Part shown: positions 44,593-57,231 of the stretch, piece by piece
How the letters are laid out: every line of letters begins with the position of its first letter
How positions within the stretch are numbered: position 1 is the stretch's first letter
DNA from: Cyanophora paradoxa CCMP329
Taxonomy: Eukaryota; Plantae; Glaucophyta
Assembly: GCA_004431415.1 (NCBI GenBank)
Contig: QPMI01000535.1
Location: forward strand, 310,001 to 374,000
Direction of reading: 5' to 3'
DNA: 64,000 bases
Position numbers and translations under genes: made by a program
The notes under the pieces: model-generated
Told to the model about the DNA's origin: nothing
Database searches by the model: none
What the model saw: only the letters and a program-made list of their open reading frames with translations

Positions 44593-45440
44593 TTAAGGTA
44601 TAGGATTTTCCGGATTGCCTTCCTCATACATATTATTCAGTGCCGGATCAGGATTCAGTCCTCTAGTGGCCACAGATGCAGCCACATCGGAGCGATAGCC
44701 AATGATTAGGATAGAATATCTGCCTATAGCAGTAGCATATAAATCGAAAAGATGCCTTGTATTAATATTACGAACAACGTATCCACGTCCTGCGTGTCCT
44801 AGACCCTGTACAAAGAACGTGTAAACATGGCCTATTTGATCATTTTGATCTTGACAGAGCGATTGAAGTGCCTTGGGGATTTCTCTGTTTGAAAGCAACC
44901 TCTCTCCATCGAGACCATTTGGTGTGCTGGAATTAGCTATTGTAATTTCAACTTCTACTAGAGCTTGTGCATAGGGGAGGTCACAGCAGGGTACATACAT
45001 GCGAACTCGTTTACGATTTTCAGCATTCTCTAATGAAAAGTCTGGGACATCATTGATGGCAATCGATGATGATAGCCCTCCACTAACTCGGCAAGCACCG
45101 GTAATAGCCGCTCCTCCGGAGCGCACAGTGAGGGCAGCAGTGTTTTGATCATAGTTTATGCTTCGGAGGTCAACACTGTACGAATCAACTCCCCCTGTTA
45201 TGGGCTGTGAGAAATTGGCATTTGTAACTAGTAATCGCGTTGTTTTGACAACCCAGAGTTTTTATCTGCGCGCAATTCTTTACACCGAATCACCGATCGC
45301 TGATCAAAGGCGTTAGTTGAATTTGGCCGCTCAGTGGACTCTAATCCAGCAATGGCATCGCTAACTTCGTGCTGCCTCATATGGATGGCTGGGGAGCCGA
45401 GCGAGTAGATAGGTAGTTGGACCCGATTGTACTCGGTCAT
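44593..45440 (-). CDS. Paralog of 43730..44563 (frameshift near 45252)
   Basis: One added G gives DKNSGVVKTTRLLVTNANF vs paralog DKNNGVVKTTNLVVTNANF; shared RSGGA, ND.P, R.YVP...LPY. Confidence 0.7.
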
Positions 45441-45477
45441 TTGATAGAAACGAAAGAGAAAAAATAATGCAGCAACG

Positions 45478-45786
45478 TCAAGCTGGAGTGATCAGATTTG
45501 ATCCGAGAGCTTGATAGATAGTGGATAGGTTATGAAGTGACATCATCATAGTTTTCAGGTTTGAATCGAGCTCATTATATTTGCCGGCAGGATCACCATA
45601 AGCCGATTGCGCGAGGACATTAACCAAGAGGTTTTTATATTCATGAACAACTGGGGACAGTTTGTTAGTTTGCTGAATTGTTTTTTCGACGTTTTGTAGC
45701 GCGGCTACAAGTTTAATAGTATCGAATGCAAGAGCGACAGGCTCAGTAGTAGTGGAAGGAGATCCACCAAGTGGATAGGTCGCCAT
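45478..45786 (-). CDS. Hypothetical helical protein
   Basis: 102-aa ATG ORF co-oriented in the gene block. Confidence 0.6.
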   Translation of the reverse strand: MATYPLGGSPSTTTEPVALAFDTIKLVAALQNVEKTIQQTNKLSPVVHEYKNLLVNVLAQSAYGDPAGKYNELDSNLKTMMMSLHNLSTIYQALGSNLITPA

Positions 45787-45817
45787 TTACTATACTGTGA
45801 CATTTTTATTACGGCAG

Positions 45818-48800
45818 TTAAGCAGCCTGGCTGCGCCATTGATCTATTTGATCTTGTAGACCCTTGCATTTCTTAGATAATTCTTTAACAGCTTCTATGA
45901 GAACCGGAATTAAACCCGTGTATTCGAGAGCTAAGTAGCCATCATCTTGTTTTGCTCTAACAACTTCTGGTATAACCTGTTGCACATCTTGCGCAATTAA
46001 CCCTAATCTTGTTCCGTCTTTTTCACTTCCGATTCGTTTAAAACTCACTCCTTCTAACTTTTCAATTGCTGAAAGAGCGCCCGTTATCTTTTTAATATCG
46101 GTTTTGTATCTTCTATCGCTACCTTGTCCGAGATAGTTTCTAACCCACATGTAACCATCGTCATTTATAAATGCTACATGTGTATCTATCGTATTTCTAA
46201 ATTCTACTACTGTTGTTGCATGTCCTCTAATATATGTAGTTGATGCTGAACCGAAATATACTCTTTCATAATTATCAGTTGATGTTATCCAAGTTCCGGT
46301 AGCCCAAGTTGCGCTATTTGGTTTGCTAAAAACGTTATCCCAACTGATCGTCCCATTTGCTGGTGTGGTTCTTCCTTTTTCTTTTGTCCATCCAACCATA
46401 CCGATGTAACACCGTCCTTTACTTGCAACAAATCTTACGTGTGAAAAGTTATCACAAGCAAAGGAAGCCCACGCCAACCCATCGTGATAATCAGAAGTTC
46501 CATAATTTGAGATAGCCTGGTAAGTATTTACTCGCATAATGTGGAACCATCTACCCGATCGATAACCTCCAATATCGAAATATCTTGTATTTGTCCAACA
46601 CAAGTATTGAACGTGACATGTTTTCATATTTGCTGGTTTTTCGATTTGCGCCCAATCACTACTCGTCGTTTCTCCTTCAATACTGCTATAAAATCCGTCC
46701 ACAGGATTATCATTAGTAGCCGTCCAACCTGATACCCAAGATCCGCTAAATGATAGACCACCACTACCTGTTCCACTCCAAGTATCAAAACCTGTAATGT
46801 TTCCAACTAAACTCGGTGTAAGTAGATTTGGCTTACTATAAATGTTATCCCAAGAAATGTAACCTGTGTGACCACCATATGAACTACTATGTGCGCGATC
46901 ATGTGTAAAACCAATACCCATAATGTGAACTCTTCCAACTCTCGGATAAATACGGATGTGAGTAAATCGACCCGCAAGGAAGATAGGGACATTATTTAAC
47001 CCGTTGTGGTGACCGTCGGAATCGCCATTATGAGGGTGATAGTTATTAACTCTCGTAATAAATACAATTGCTCCATTACTACGGACTCCCCAAATTTCAA
47101 AGTAACGGCAAACAGTCCAAGGTAAATGTGTAAGGAATGCTGTCCCATTAACCATTGCTGTGGGTATTGTATACTGAATCCATGTAGTTGTAGAAGCTGT
47201 ATCATCGGCTTCACTGTTGAATACATAACTACCATAATTATATCCTGGATCCCAAGGTGTCCCATAACCAACTGTCCAAGTTCCGCCCGATGAATGATAA
47301 ACGCCACCTGCTACTGTGTCATCAAAACCGTAACATTTCGGAACGTCATAACCATTTCTTTTTAATGTTGCAACATCTATGGTTGTTGCGCTTATGGTTG
47401 GAGCAATCAAAGTATTAGTAACCGCAAGGTTGCCGTTTTCATATGATTGTAAAATTGTAGAATCTGCTGAGTTTCTGAATACAACACACGCATTATCTCC
47501 ATTAGGTCTACCTCTAATGTATGTTGTATTTCCATTCGCAAAATAGAACCGTTCGTAGTTGTCTGTTGATTTTAACCATGTCTGGACAGCCCATGTTGCC
47601 GTTCCTGGAAGGTCTGCGGCTGAATAAAATGACGGTTTGCTATAAACATTATCCCAACTTATCATACCATTCGCTGGTGCTGTTCTTCCTACCTCTTTCG
47701 TCCATCCAAGCATTCCAATATGAACACGTCCTTTCTTTGCGAAAATTCCAATATATGAAAAACTTCCACAAAATACGGAAGTCCATAATAAACTCGAATG
47801 CCACAGTGTGTCAGCGGTATTTTGAACGTTTTGATAAGTATTCACTCTCATAATATAATTCCATCGACTGTTGCGATATCCGTAAATATCGAAATATCGC
47901 CCATTCGTCCAACATAAGTATTGTATGTGACATGTTTTCATTCCTGCCGGAACAGCACACTGCATATAGCCATCACCGCTTTCATCGTTTGTTTGGTTGC
48001 TATGAAAACCTTCTACTGGATTATCTGTTGTGGGTTTCCATCCTGTTGTCCAAGCACCAAGTGGAAATGCTACACCAGTGCTATTCCAACCACTCACTAC
48101 ATCGAAATCTGAATATTTGCCGACAGGATTAAAAGCGATATTATCATAATGCACTAATCCTACATCCGTATCAGTTGCTCTTTGTCTACTCCAACCGAAA
48201 ACACCCGTTAGATAAATGCGACCTTTTCGCCCTTGAACATATATTTTACTGTAAAATTCACAATTTACAGAAGTAAACGCAATAGCCATATACGTTCCAT
48301 CTTGAACGGCGCCAACTTGAACAGCTTGATAGTTATTAACGCGTCTAAGGAAATGTTGATGGTTATTCACGGTTTGTCCGTATATATCGAAATATCTACA
48401 ATTATCCCAAAGTAAAAGTTGAATGTAAAACGATTTCATACCTTCTGGAACTGTCCAACGCATAAAACATCCGCTGCAATCTTCATCATTTAGTGGGTTT
48501 GTGTAACATCCTGTTTGTCCTGTTCTTTGTCCTGTCCAATTAACAGTCCAATTATTTGCGCTTCTATCTGTTGAAACAGTGTCTAATTGATCGAATTCGA
48601 AACCTTTTGGTATTGTGGTTCCGCCAATTTGTAAAGTGGTAGCGTTAACGGTTCCATTAACAGTCCCACCTGTAAGAGGTAAGTAATTCGCAAGTGCCGC
48701 CGCTAATTCTGCATCCGTTGCATAACTGCTTAAATCTGCGGTGGTAAGATATCCTTTATTGGTTAGGTAATCATCTGTAACCACTCCTGAAAGGGTTGTA

Positions 48801-51642
48801 TTGTGTAAGTTTTTCGCCGCCATTCTCTGATTGACTTCTAAGGCGCCACCTGATGTCGTTTTAATCCACGCCATCTCACATTTTCCGTGATCATCTGTGG
48901 GTTGTCCCGCAACGGGAAGATAGTTAACAACTTTCTCCCTTGTGAATACTATTTTAGGTCTTGCTCCATCATATGCGCTTTGATCTGTTACATTAATTTG
49001 AATAGCTGCTGAAAAATCCGCTACTTGTCCTGTTTCCCTGGGTGATAATTCGTAACATAAATACTGGGGAAAGTATCGTTTACTCCTACGTTGAAATCAC
49101 CACTATACACTCCATTTACGATTGGATCCCTGGGTAATCTTACAGCGAGAGTTCCCACCATCGGTGTGCCTTCTTGACCTGTAAACGATCCATTGAGACT
49201 AACGTAATGATCATTCAAATATAACCTGTCAGGTGTATTAATCGATTGGTAAAGTGTGACTCCATTAAAAACATTTCCGATTGCATTCAATTGTGCAAAT
49301 ACTGGCTGTTGATCTATTTCGTCCCAATCGTGCCTATGGGCGAAATCTGTAATATCGGCTTTGACGTGTTCATGTGCAAAATCCGTAATATCTGCTTTGA
49401 CATGTTTGTGTGCGAAATCTGTTATTTGGTCTTTTGTGTGAGTGTGGGCGAAATCTGTAATATCGGCTTTGACGTGTTCATGTGCAAAATCCGTAATATC
49501 TGCTTTGACATGTTTGTGTGCGAAATCTGTTATTTGGTCTTTTGTGTGAGTATGGGCAAAATCTGTAATATCGGCTTTGACGTGTTCATGTGCGAAATCC
49601 GTAATATCTGCTTTGACATGTTTGTGTGCGAAATCTGTTATTTGGTCTTTTGTGTGAGTATGGGCGAAATCTGTAATATCTGCTTTTACATGTTCATGAT
49701 CTGAGGGTGGGAATTTTTCGGGTGCGTCAGGGATATTATCCCATCTAAAATAATCTTCTGTTACGACTCTTGAAATATTTTCGTTATGAATGTTTTTCGC
49801 TGAGGCTCTCTGATTGATTTCTAAAAGACCCTCAGGAACTCCACCATTATAATTTGTTTTTATCCATGCTACCTCACACTGTTTATAATCGTCACGATTT
49901 CCTAAAAGGGTTTCTGCTGCGAGTTGCTCACGGCTGAATATTAATTTTGGCCTTGAACCATCGAAATCGCTAACATTAGTCACATTGATTTGTAGAGTAG
50001 CATCTTTGTTATCAAAGTTTGCTGGATCAGAAGGGAGAGATATTAAACCTCCTGTCATCGGGACATCATCCACGTAGTAATTGGTTAAGTAGATTCCTGG
50101 TTTAGTGTCTTTAATTTCTATGCCACCACCAAGTGGTAATATTACATTTCTTGTAGGTGGTCTAATATAAAGTTCACCCTCCATAGTGGTGCCTGCATCT
50201 ATTCCTTTGCGACTTACGTAGTAGTCATTTAATTGTAATCTTTCTGGTATCTCAATGTTCTGATAGAGACTTACACCATGTGGAAAGTCTGTTAATATAT
50301 TACCTGCGGATGCGAAGGTAGGCTGTTGATCGATTTCGTCCCAATTATGTCTATGGTCTTCTGGAGGAAACTCCGGAGGAACGTTATCAATGTCTTCCCA
50401 ATCGTGCCTGTGATCCTCTGGGGGAAACCTTAAAGGCTTATTATCAATCTCGTCCCAATCATGTCTGTGTTCCTCCGGCGGAAAAATCTCAGGTTTGTTC
50501 GTAATTGATTCCCAGTCTACGGTGAACTCCAAGGGGAAGAGAATAGGTTCAAAGCCGTCTGGAAGCAGCTGCTCATGCGGAATCACAGGCTGCTCGTACT
50601 CGAGTTCTTGAACATCTAAGCCATCAGGAAGTAACTGCTCTTCCGGCTCTGTGTACATCTCGAGTGGAAAAACTTCTATATCAGGCGGTAGGTATTCTTC
50701 ATGCGGATGCTTATAGGGTTCAATCACTGGGCGATTCCTGACAGCCTCCCACGATATAATATTTTGACCAAATGGGATTGTTTCATCAGCAACTCGCTCT
50801 CGACCTGGTCCATCCGGGGTTGGCGGCTTTGGTAGCCCTGGAAGAGGTGGTATAGGTGGTATAGGGACAATAGGTCCAAAGTAGTAGTTGAAAATGTTGA
50901 TCACCTCCTCTTCAGTGCTTACTTTCTTACCGTCCTGATAAATATTTGTTCCATGAATATTTCGCCACTGCCTGGTGCGAAGCCCTAGGTCATATCTATC
51001 ATGCAATGCCGGGAGCAGGTGTCTGTCACCCTCAATCAGGATAGAGCCAAAGGTGCATCCAGGAATATCTAACCTGGTAGCAGGCTCTGTATCAATTTGA
51101 TTAACATCAAATCCGTATAAAATATTTGTTTCTCGTGCAGCTGTATAAAGTAAATCCCAGGGAAATGGTTGGATTTGCGATGATAGCACTGATATCCCTG
51201 CGTCTTCACCAAGGAGGATTCGCCCTGTAATTTGAGCAGCTGTCTTGTTCGTGATGGCATTGGATTCATCAATAAGGCGTAGAGCTGATGTGTGGACCCC
51301 TCTATCATTTTGAAGCCTAAATATTAATCTACCAGAATCATACTTGGAAACTGTGCCTGAAGAGGCAATGCGTAGGTGACGCGGTAAAGCCCTGGATCCG
51401 ACTATTTCAGCAACATAATTCTCAGCTGGACCCAGACAAAATCTCTGTGCAATATCCGGGGCGCCAACATGTGAGTTGCGCAGAATTAATGCAGCTGGGC
51501 GATTTAACTCAGTCTGGTGTATATCTTTGTCAGCATTGTACTCAATTAGAGTACTCCCAAATACGCGAATATTTATATGCCGATCATCCACGAGATCTGG
51601 AGCTTTACGAAGTGGCACTGGCTTCTTTAAGATGTAGGACAT
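45818..51642 (-). CDS. Giant tail-fibre-like protein (~1940 aa) with C-terminal peptidase S74 intramolecular chaperone (frameshift near 49037)
   Basis: SDRRYKTDI...GLIAQDVQQVIPEVV...LIEAVKEL; HxH repeats; four RYFDI/RVN domains. One added G joins the two ORFs and restores QINVT...DGARPK...CEMAWIKT, matching the internal repeat QINVT...DGSRPK...CEVAWIKT. Confidence 0.85.
49339..49698 (-). repeat. Ten 36-bp coding repeats (HxHxKxxITDFA) with a 108-bp higher-order period
   Basis: HEHVKADITDFA / HTHTKDQITDFA / HKHVKADITDFA cycle. Confidence 0.9.
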
Positions 51643-51666
51643 TTTTATATAAGCCCCCTTTTAAAA

Positions 51667-53150
51667 ATGAAGGTCATTCTCTCACTATCAGGTGGAGGTG
51701 CTCGTGGCATAGTCATTGCCCGAATTCTACAGCGGATCGAGGCGATTACTGGGAAAGCAATTCCACAGCTGTTTGATTTCTTTGCAGGCACCTCGACAGG
51801 GGCAATAATAGCGGCTGGTTTAGCGACCCCATCCAGCCCAGGCTCTGTTCTCGCTTATCGATATTCTGCAAGTGATATCTTCAGTTTATATCAAACGAAC
51901 CTACCTGTAATATTTGCAAATCCGAGATCACTCACAAGCTTGCTCTCAGGAAGCCGCTATGATGCAAACCCTCTGGAGTCGGTGCTCACAGACGTTGCCC
52001 TGGACTACACAATTGCAGAATCGACCAAAGACATATTAATTACAGCGTTTGATACAGTTCGGATGCAGCCCGTAGTTTTCACCAAAGATGGGCCATACTC
52101 GAGCACGCTGATTCGTGATGCAGTTAGAGCATCTTCTGCAGCGCCAACATTCTTTCCACCGAAGGTTCTAGGAGACAAAAACCTTGTTGACGGGGCCATC
52201 GCCTGTTTGAATAATCCCTCAGTTGCAGCGCTAAGCCACGCCAGCAAAATTTATGATGCAGAGGATCCAATTGTTCTTGTGAGCATCAGCTGTGGTGAGG
52301 TCCAAGCTAGTGAGCAACTGACTGCAGGCTTTTCGAATGCGGAGACGTCAGGCTGGGGCGCCCTGGGCTGGATCCTATCCCTCTCAGGCAGCCCAATTAT
52401 TTCTATGCTAATGGCTGGGAGCGAGCTGGAATCGCACTTTCAAATGCAAGAGCTGCTTCCAGTTGATGCAGATAGGAATCTCACTAGATACTGGCGTTTA
52501 AGTGTTCCGCTGCCAGCTGCAGTCATGAGCAAGCTTGATGATGCCTCGCCTTCGAATATTTCTTATTTGATTTCCACGACGGATTTATGGCTGAAACAAA
52601 CCGAAATAAATGCTAAAATAAATGCACTCTGTAGCTTTCTACTGGCGAATTACGACCTACTGAACGATGAGAGACTTATCATATCGTCTACCTTAACAGT
52701 TGAGCCGCCATTTGATGTCAACTGGTTTATAATTCCAGATGCAAACATCACAAGCAACGACTTTGAGGAATTGCACCCACCTTCTCACGTGCGGCCTAAC
52801 TCAACAGGGTTCCAAGGGGTACTTTACCTAATCCCTGGATTAAAGTCGAGTTTCCCAAGCCTTTTGAGCTACATCAAATCATTATGTATGGGCCAGCCTT
52901 TGCTGCCGGAGTCCTATTTAATTTCAGCATTCTGACCAATTTAGGATATTTACGAGACGGGTCACTATTTGAAAACACGGTCCTAGCAAATGTGCTTGCT
53001 GCGAACCCAACTATGACAGGCTTCGATCTAATGCATAGTGACTCGCATTTAATCACCCCACAGGCGTATAACTATGTGCAAATTATAACAAACGAATTTA
53101 TAAATGTAAATGCATTCCGGCTTGATTTCCGGGGACGTTACCTAAACTAA
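51667..53150 (+). CDS. Patatin-like phospholipase with C-terminal beta domain (frameshift near 52818)
   Basis: SGGGARG, GTSTG, ASSAAPTFF, DGA. One added G gives GTLPNPWIKVEFPKPFELHQIIMYG, joining ORF 52884..53150. Confidence 0.88.
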
Positions 53151-54032
53151 AAATTGCAGTTCACCAGACCAAGGCAGGCCATTCAGTGATACATCATCAC
53201 CATCTCTGTCGACAATGCGCAGTCGCAGAGAGGTCAGCACCAGGCGCTCTTCGATGGGGATCCACTCGCCGTCATTTTCCTGATTTATATAAACGAACTT
53301 GCCAACATCCTGGCTCATCTGGATTCGAGCGAGCCCGTAATTACACATTGATTTAGCCCCACGGCGAAGCTTCGAAGCAAACGGCCGTAGCTCTTCGCAG
53401 ACAAGGAAGAGGTACTGGTCGCTGTTCATGTCGATTATCTTTGGAAATTCGACCGCGTAACCAAGTGCTATACTCTGCATTCTTCCGGTGAAATCGACGC
53501 CGTACTCAGGGTGTGCAGGTGTTACTGGAATGCCAGCAACCTCGAGGTACCGCTCAGCTGCAGTTGCTGGTCTTTGCGGCCCTTCAAGCACAATAGGAGA
53601 CAGCTGGAGGGGCTCATTTCGGTTAAGCCCGAGCAGATTCGATAGAGCTTTAAACTGGCACGTCAGTGTGCAGGAACGGTTGCAATAGGCAGACATTTTC
53701 AGCGTCTCTGGGTCCCGAAATAGTTTAAAATACGCAATTGAGATCCCTTCTAGCTCAATATTGAATGATAGGCCAAAGTTGTAAATATCTGTTTCGCCCA
53801 GATTTGCAGTCGTAATTATGCCAGGCTCAAACACCTCCACGTTTTGCGTTCCAAGGTAGGGAAAGGTGATGGAAAGATACTCAGCTTTAATGCTGGTGTA
53901 AAGGCTGTTTGCGAACTCACACTGGGTTAGTCGAACAGCAACTGGATTGATTATCGGTTCATTGATTTCGAGCACAAAGTTTGCCTCTGAATCGATTGGC
54001 CTTCTGTCTCTGCTGTCAAACGTAAGCCGCAT
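53142..54032 (-). CDS. Minor capsid (penton-like) protein A
   Basis: FDSRDR, CEFANSLY, LARIQ, LRIVDRDG...LNG; homolog of 3838..4812. Confidence 0.8.
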   Translation of the reverse strand: MRLTFDSRDRRPIDSEANFVLEINEPIINPVAVRLTQCEFANSLYTSIKAEYLSITFPYLGTQNVEVFEPGIITTANLGETDIYNFGLSFNIELEGISIAYFKLFRDPETLKMSAYCNRSCTLTCQFKALSNLLGLNRNEPLQLSPIVLEGPQRPATAAERYLEVAGIPVTPAHPEYGVDFTGRMQSIALGYAVEFPKIIDMNSDQYLFLVCEELRPFASKLRRGAKSMCNYGLARIQMSQDVGKFVYINQENDGEWIPIEERLVLTSLRLRIVDRDGDDVSLNGLPWSGELQFLV

Positions 54033-54059
54033 TTTTATTCTCTAACTGATATAAAAAAG

Positions 54060-55016
54060 ATGCCTACGGACTACGTCTGCATTGCAAGTCACCAAGCGGA
54101 GGAGCTGACATCCACCTCGAAATTTAAAGTAAGACTGCCTAAAGTTTATCAGGATGTGAAAGCCGTGCGCTTGGTATCAGCTGAGATCCCCAACACTATG
54201 AGCACAATTGATGTACTCGATCCGGCAGAGGATTTAGTCTTTAACACCTATATATATTGGTGCAAATATGATCCCACTAATGAAGGACCCGACCCACCTC
54301 AGGCCGGATTTGGAGCGTGGAATAACATTGCAATTCCACCTGGAAATTACGACGTCACCTCGCTTGTGACAGAGATAAACGAAAGGTTGACGGGAACAGG
54401 TATCACGTGCACGTATAATTCAGCGATCAAATTAATAGGGTTCACAGCTAACTTCGAGTTCTTTATTGCTCTGATGTTGCCAACGAACCAGGGTGGGCGG
54501 GAAGTCAGAAACTACCAGGCCGTTGCAAGGGCTCAGCGAACTGCAAAGCTTCTAGGGCTGAGATCAATTCTACCAATTCGGTCAAAGACATTATCTATAA
54601 ATACTGAATATATAGCAGGCGCTTATGAGCCTGATGTCACTCCTGATGATCATGTGCTCCTACGAATTCCTGAAATTGGTGACCTTGTCAGTATGCCGAA
54701 CACGTCAATACCTGGCTTCTTCTCGAAGCTGAGCATTCCAAGTGTCCTTCGTCCAGGCGAGATAGCATACTATGATTCAACTGAAGCACATCCTTTGTAC
54801 AAGTATATTTATTCAAAGCTGGACCTCTACTCTGTGACTATTGAGATTTACGATTTTATGCAGCGAATTGCTGATTTAAATGGAGGTCCTGTCTCATTTA
54901 TACTCGAAATTCGTTATGGCCCAGATGAACCAAATGGTGATGTTGTCTACGAGCTCGCCAAGCTTCAGCTCCAGAAAAGGTCAAAGACATATCCTTGGAT
55001 CAATTCGTCAAACTGA
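54060..55016 (+). CDS. Minor capsid (penton-like) protein B
   Basis: FKVRLPKVYQDVKAVRLVSAEIPN, IPPGNY, SFILEI; homolog of 4840..6126. Confidence 0.8.
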   Translation: MPTDYVCIASHQAEELTSTSKFKVRLPKVYQDVKAVRLVSAEIPNTMSTIDVLDPAEDLVFNTYIYWCKYDPTNEGPDPPQAGFGAWNNIAIPPGNYDVTSLVTEINERLTGTGITCTYNSAIKLIGFTANFEFFIALMLPTNQGGREVRNYQAVARAQRTAKLLGLRSILPIRSKTLSINTEYIAGAYEPDVTPDDHVLLRIPEIGDLVSMPNTSIPGFFSKLSIPSVLRPGEIAYYDSTEAHPLYKYIYSKLDLYSVTIEIYDFMQRIADLNGGPVSFILEIRYGPDEPNGDVVYELAKLQLQKRSKTYPWINSSN

Positions 55017-55057
55017 GTCCCGAATTATTTTCTTCCGTTTGAATTATAAACACTTCA

Positions 55058-56446
55058 ATGGATGTTACCCAGAACTTGCAACGTCTTGGTCTAAAGGAGC
55101 TGCTCACAACTCCGCAGGAAGCTAAGGATTTCTTTATGAATAACGAGCTTATGTTAGGTCTAACCAGCCAAACAAAGCCTGTGCGTGTCGTTGTCAACCC
55201 TAGCAATGACTATGGAGACTGCTTCGGAAAGAGGGTTACTTATTTCCTGCCCCGTTACAATTTCCTTCAGGGGCTTGAACTCCAGTTTACCCTGCCCGAG
55301 CTGACCGCTTTTACTGGTGACACTGACCTGGTTCGCACTGGTTATCTGCGGTCTGTTGGTGCTCTTGTAAAGCGAATTGAAATCAAATATGCTTCCTACA
55401 GCTACATCGTCCCTGAGGACTGGCTTGTTCACAGCGCTCTGATTTTCAATGATGATGCACAGCTCAAAAAGAAATACCGGTCAGGTGGCTGGCTACATGG
55501 AACACCACCTCAGGGGACAAATCGCACTGGAGGTATTTTCAGTGTAAAAATCCCCTGTCCATGGGAGGGTTCTGTGCTCCCAATTGGTGCTCTTTCTGGC
55601 GAGGTGTCTGTCGAGGTTTGGTTCCGTGATCGTGCCCAGGGCTTTGTTGAGACCAGCTACGGTGGTAGGTTTGTAACGGAATATGCCATAGGCGGTGATG
55701 CGACTAAAGAAGATGGACTCGGGAGCGTGGGAGCCGCTGCTGCATCCCCTGCAAACATCGGCCAGAATATAACTCCCAATGTCCTCACTGTCACTCCTGA
55801 AAAACCCGAGCTTTCGAATCCGAAGATTATAGCTCACTGCATCAACGTTGATGAGGCCACTTTTGCCCAGGTGATTGAGAAAGTCAAATCTTCGGGGATT
55901 GCCATTCCCGCTACCGATGTCGGCTGGGTTGATGCTGATTCAATTACATATGCTGGTGCGGGAGCGCCCACCCGGATTAATCTGTCTCAAATCAGTGGAC
56001 TTTGCTACGGTCTGTTCGTTAGCATTCGCAAACAGCCAAACATGAACCAAACTGACGGAAAACACAGTGTCCTCAAAACCGAGGCGAATACTCGTGATAT
56101 CACTATTTCCTGCGAATTGAATGGCCAGCGGCTTTATTCAAACGAGCCTGTTCCTCTATTGCAAGGTGCTGAACTCATCGCTGATGTCTTCAAGTGCTCA
56201 AATCTCGACGCGCCTCTTAATCGATATGTTCTGACTGGTTTGCCATTTTGCATTAGTGGGGATAAATCGATCCGAAATGCTGCTCAAACTGGGTTCGTAG
56301 ATCTGACGAACTCCAGCAGCTGCTTCCTGAATATCATGAACCCTGCTGCTTACGATGCTAACAACAAGATTTACGTTCAGGTTCGAGCTCTCCTGCACAC
56401 TGTACTAATTGTTGATGCTGCGGGTCTTCGTAAGGTGAACCTCTAA
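55058..56446 (+). CDS. Major capsid protein (double jelly-roll)
   Basis: FGKRVTYFLPRYN, PIGAL, SGIAIP, LSQISGL and TGFVDLT shared with 6160..7608. Confidence 0.85.
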   Translation: MDVTQNLQRLGLKELLTTPQEAKDFFMNNELMLGLTSQTKPVRVVVNPSNDYGDCFGKRVTYFLPRYNFLQGLELQFTLPELTAFTGDTDLVRTGYLRSVGALVKRIEIKYASYSYIVPEDWLVHSALIFNDDAQLKKKYRSGGWLHGTPPQGTNRTGGIFSVKIPCPWEGSVLPIGALSGEVSVEVWFRDRAQGFVETSYGGRFVTEYAIGGDATKEDGLGSVGAAAASPANIGQNITPNVLTVTPEKPELSNPKIIAHCINVDEATFAQVIEKVKSSGIAIPATDVGWVDADSITYAGAGAPTRINLSQISGLCYGLFVSIRKQPNMNQTDGKHSVLKTEANTRDITISCELNGQRLYSNEPVPLLQGAELIADVFKCSNLDAPLNRYVLTGLPFCISGDKSIRNAAQTGFVDLTNSSSCFLNIMNPAAYDANNKIYVQVRALLHTVLIVDAAGLRKVNL

Positions 56447-56466
56447 TTTCACCGACTATCTTTTTG

Positions 56467-57219
56467 ATGGATGGGTCAGACGAGCTCGCACAGTTCCAGC
56501 CTAGCGATATGAGGGTCCCATTCAAAGCCCTATTTATTTCAAAGTCTAATAGCGGCAAGTCTTTTTATTGCACAAAGCATTTACTTAGACTGCTATATCC
56601 AAAGATTAATCGAGTCGTTGTGTTTACCGCCACCAAATTCAACGGCGAGTATTCTGCAATAACTAAAGAGCTTTATGACGATTTTCAGCCATCTATCGTT
56701 GCTGAAATCATTGATTCACAGCGAAATTTGATTGAAAACAAAAAGAAAGCGCCGCAGATATTGCTCGTCTTGGATGATCTCGTCGCCGCCTCTGAAACCG
56801 TAGATCTGCGAAACAGCAAGGCTGTAAATCGACTTTTTACTCAGGGTCGTCATTTTAATATCAGTACGATTCTTATGACCCAAAAGCTAACAGCTCTTAG
56901 TCAATCTATAAGATCGAACTCCGACTATTGTTTTTTCTTCAGTTACTCTAATCACACGGAGCTGGAGGCCATTTATAGAGAGTTTAGCCATCTCCCAAAA
57001 GAAGAGTTTATAGCTTTATTTGAAACCTGGGCGCACGATTATCAGTGCCTAGTCCTAGATGGAACTAAGTACGATACGGCCTGGTACGTTGACAAAGCTG
57101 CTGAAGATAAGAGCTTTCGTTTCTCTAAATGGCTAAGACAAAAAGAAGAAGAAGTCTCTAAGACAGAAGAGTCTCTTGTAAGCTCTAAGAAGAAACGCCG
57201 ATTTAAAATATCAGTATAA
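56467..57219 (+). CDS. A32-like packaging ATPase
   Basis: SKSNSGKS, LLVLDD, GRHFN, TQ...IRSN. Confidence 0.92.
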   Translation: MDGSDELAQFQPSDMRVPFKALFISKSNSGKSFYCTKHLLRLLYPKINRVVVFTATKFNGEYSAITKELYDDFQPSIVAEIIDSQRNLIENKKKAPQILLVLDDLVAASETVDLRNSKAVNRLFTQGRHFNISTILMTQKLTALSQSIRSNSDYCFFFSYSNHTELEAIYREFSHLPKEEFIALFETWAHDYQCLVLDGTKYDTAWYVDKAAEDKSFRFSKWLRQKEEEVSKTEESLVSSKKKRRFKISV

Positions 57220-57231
57220 GAACATTAAGAG

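Noticed and set aside
49030-49042. GGGAAAC as a programmed -1 frameshift in the fibre gene
   Set aside because: The heptamer is not in the X XXY YYZ phase, and the break matches the single-base-loss pattern seen at seven other sites.
49246-49704. Cys-rich plus-strand ORF
   Set aside because: Antisense shadow of the 36-bp fibre repeats.
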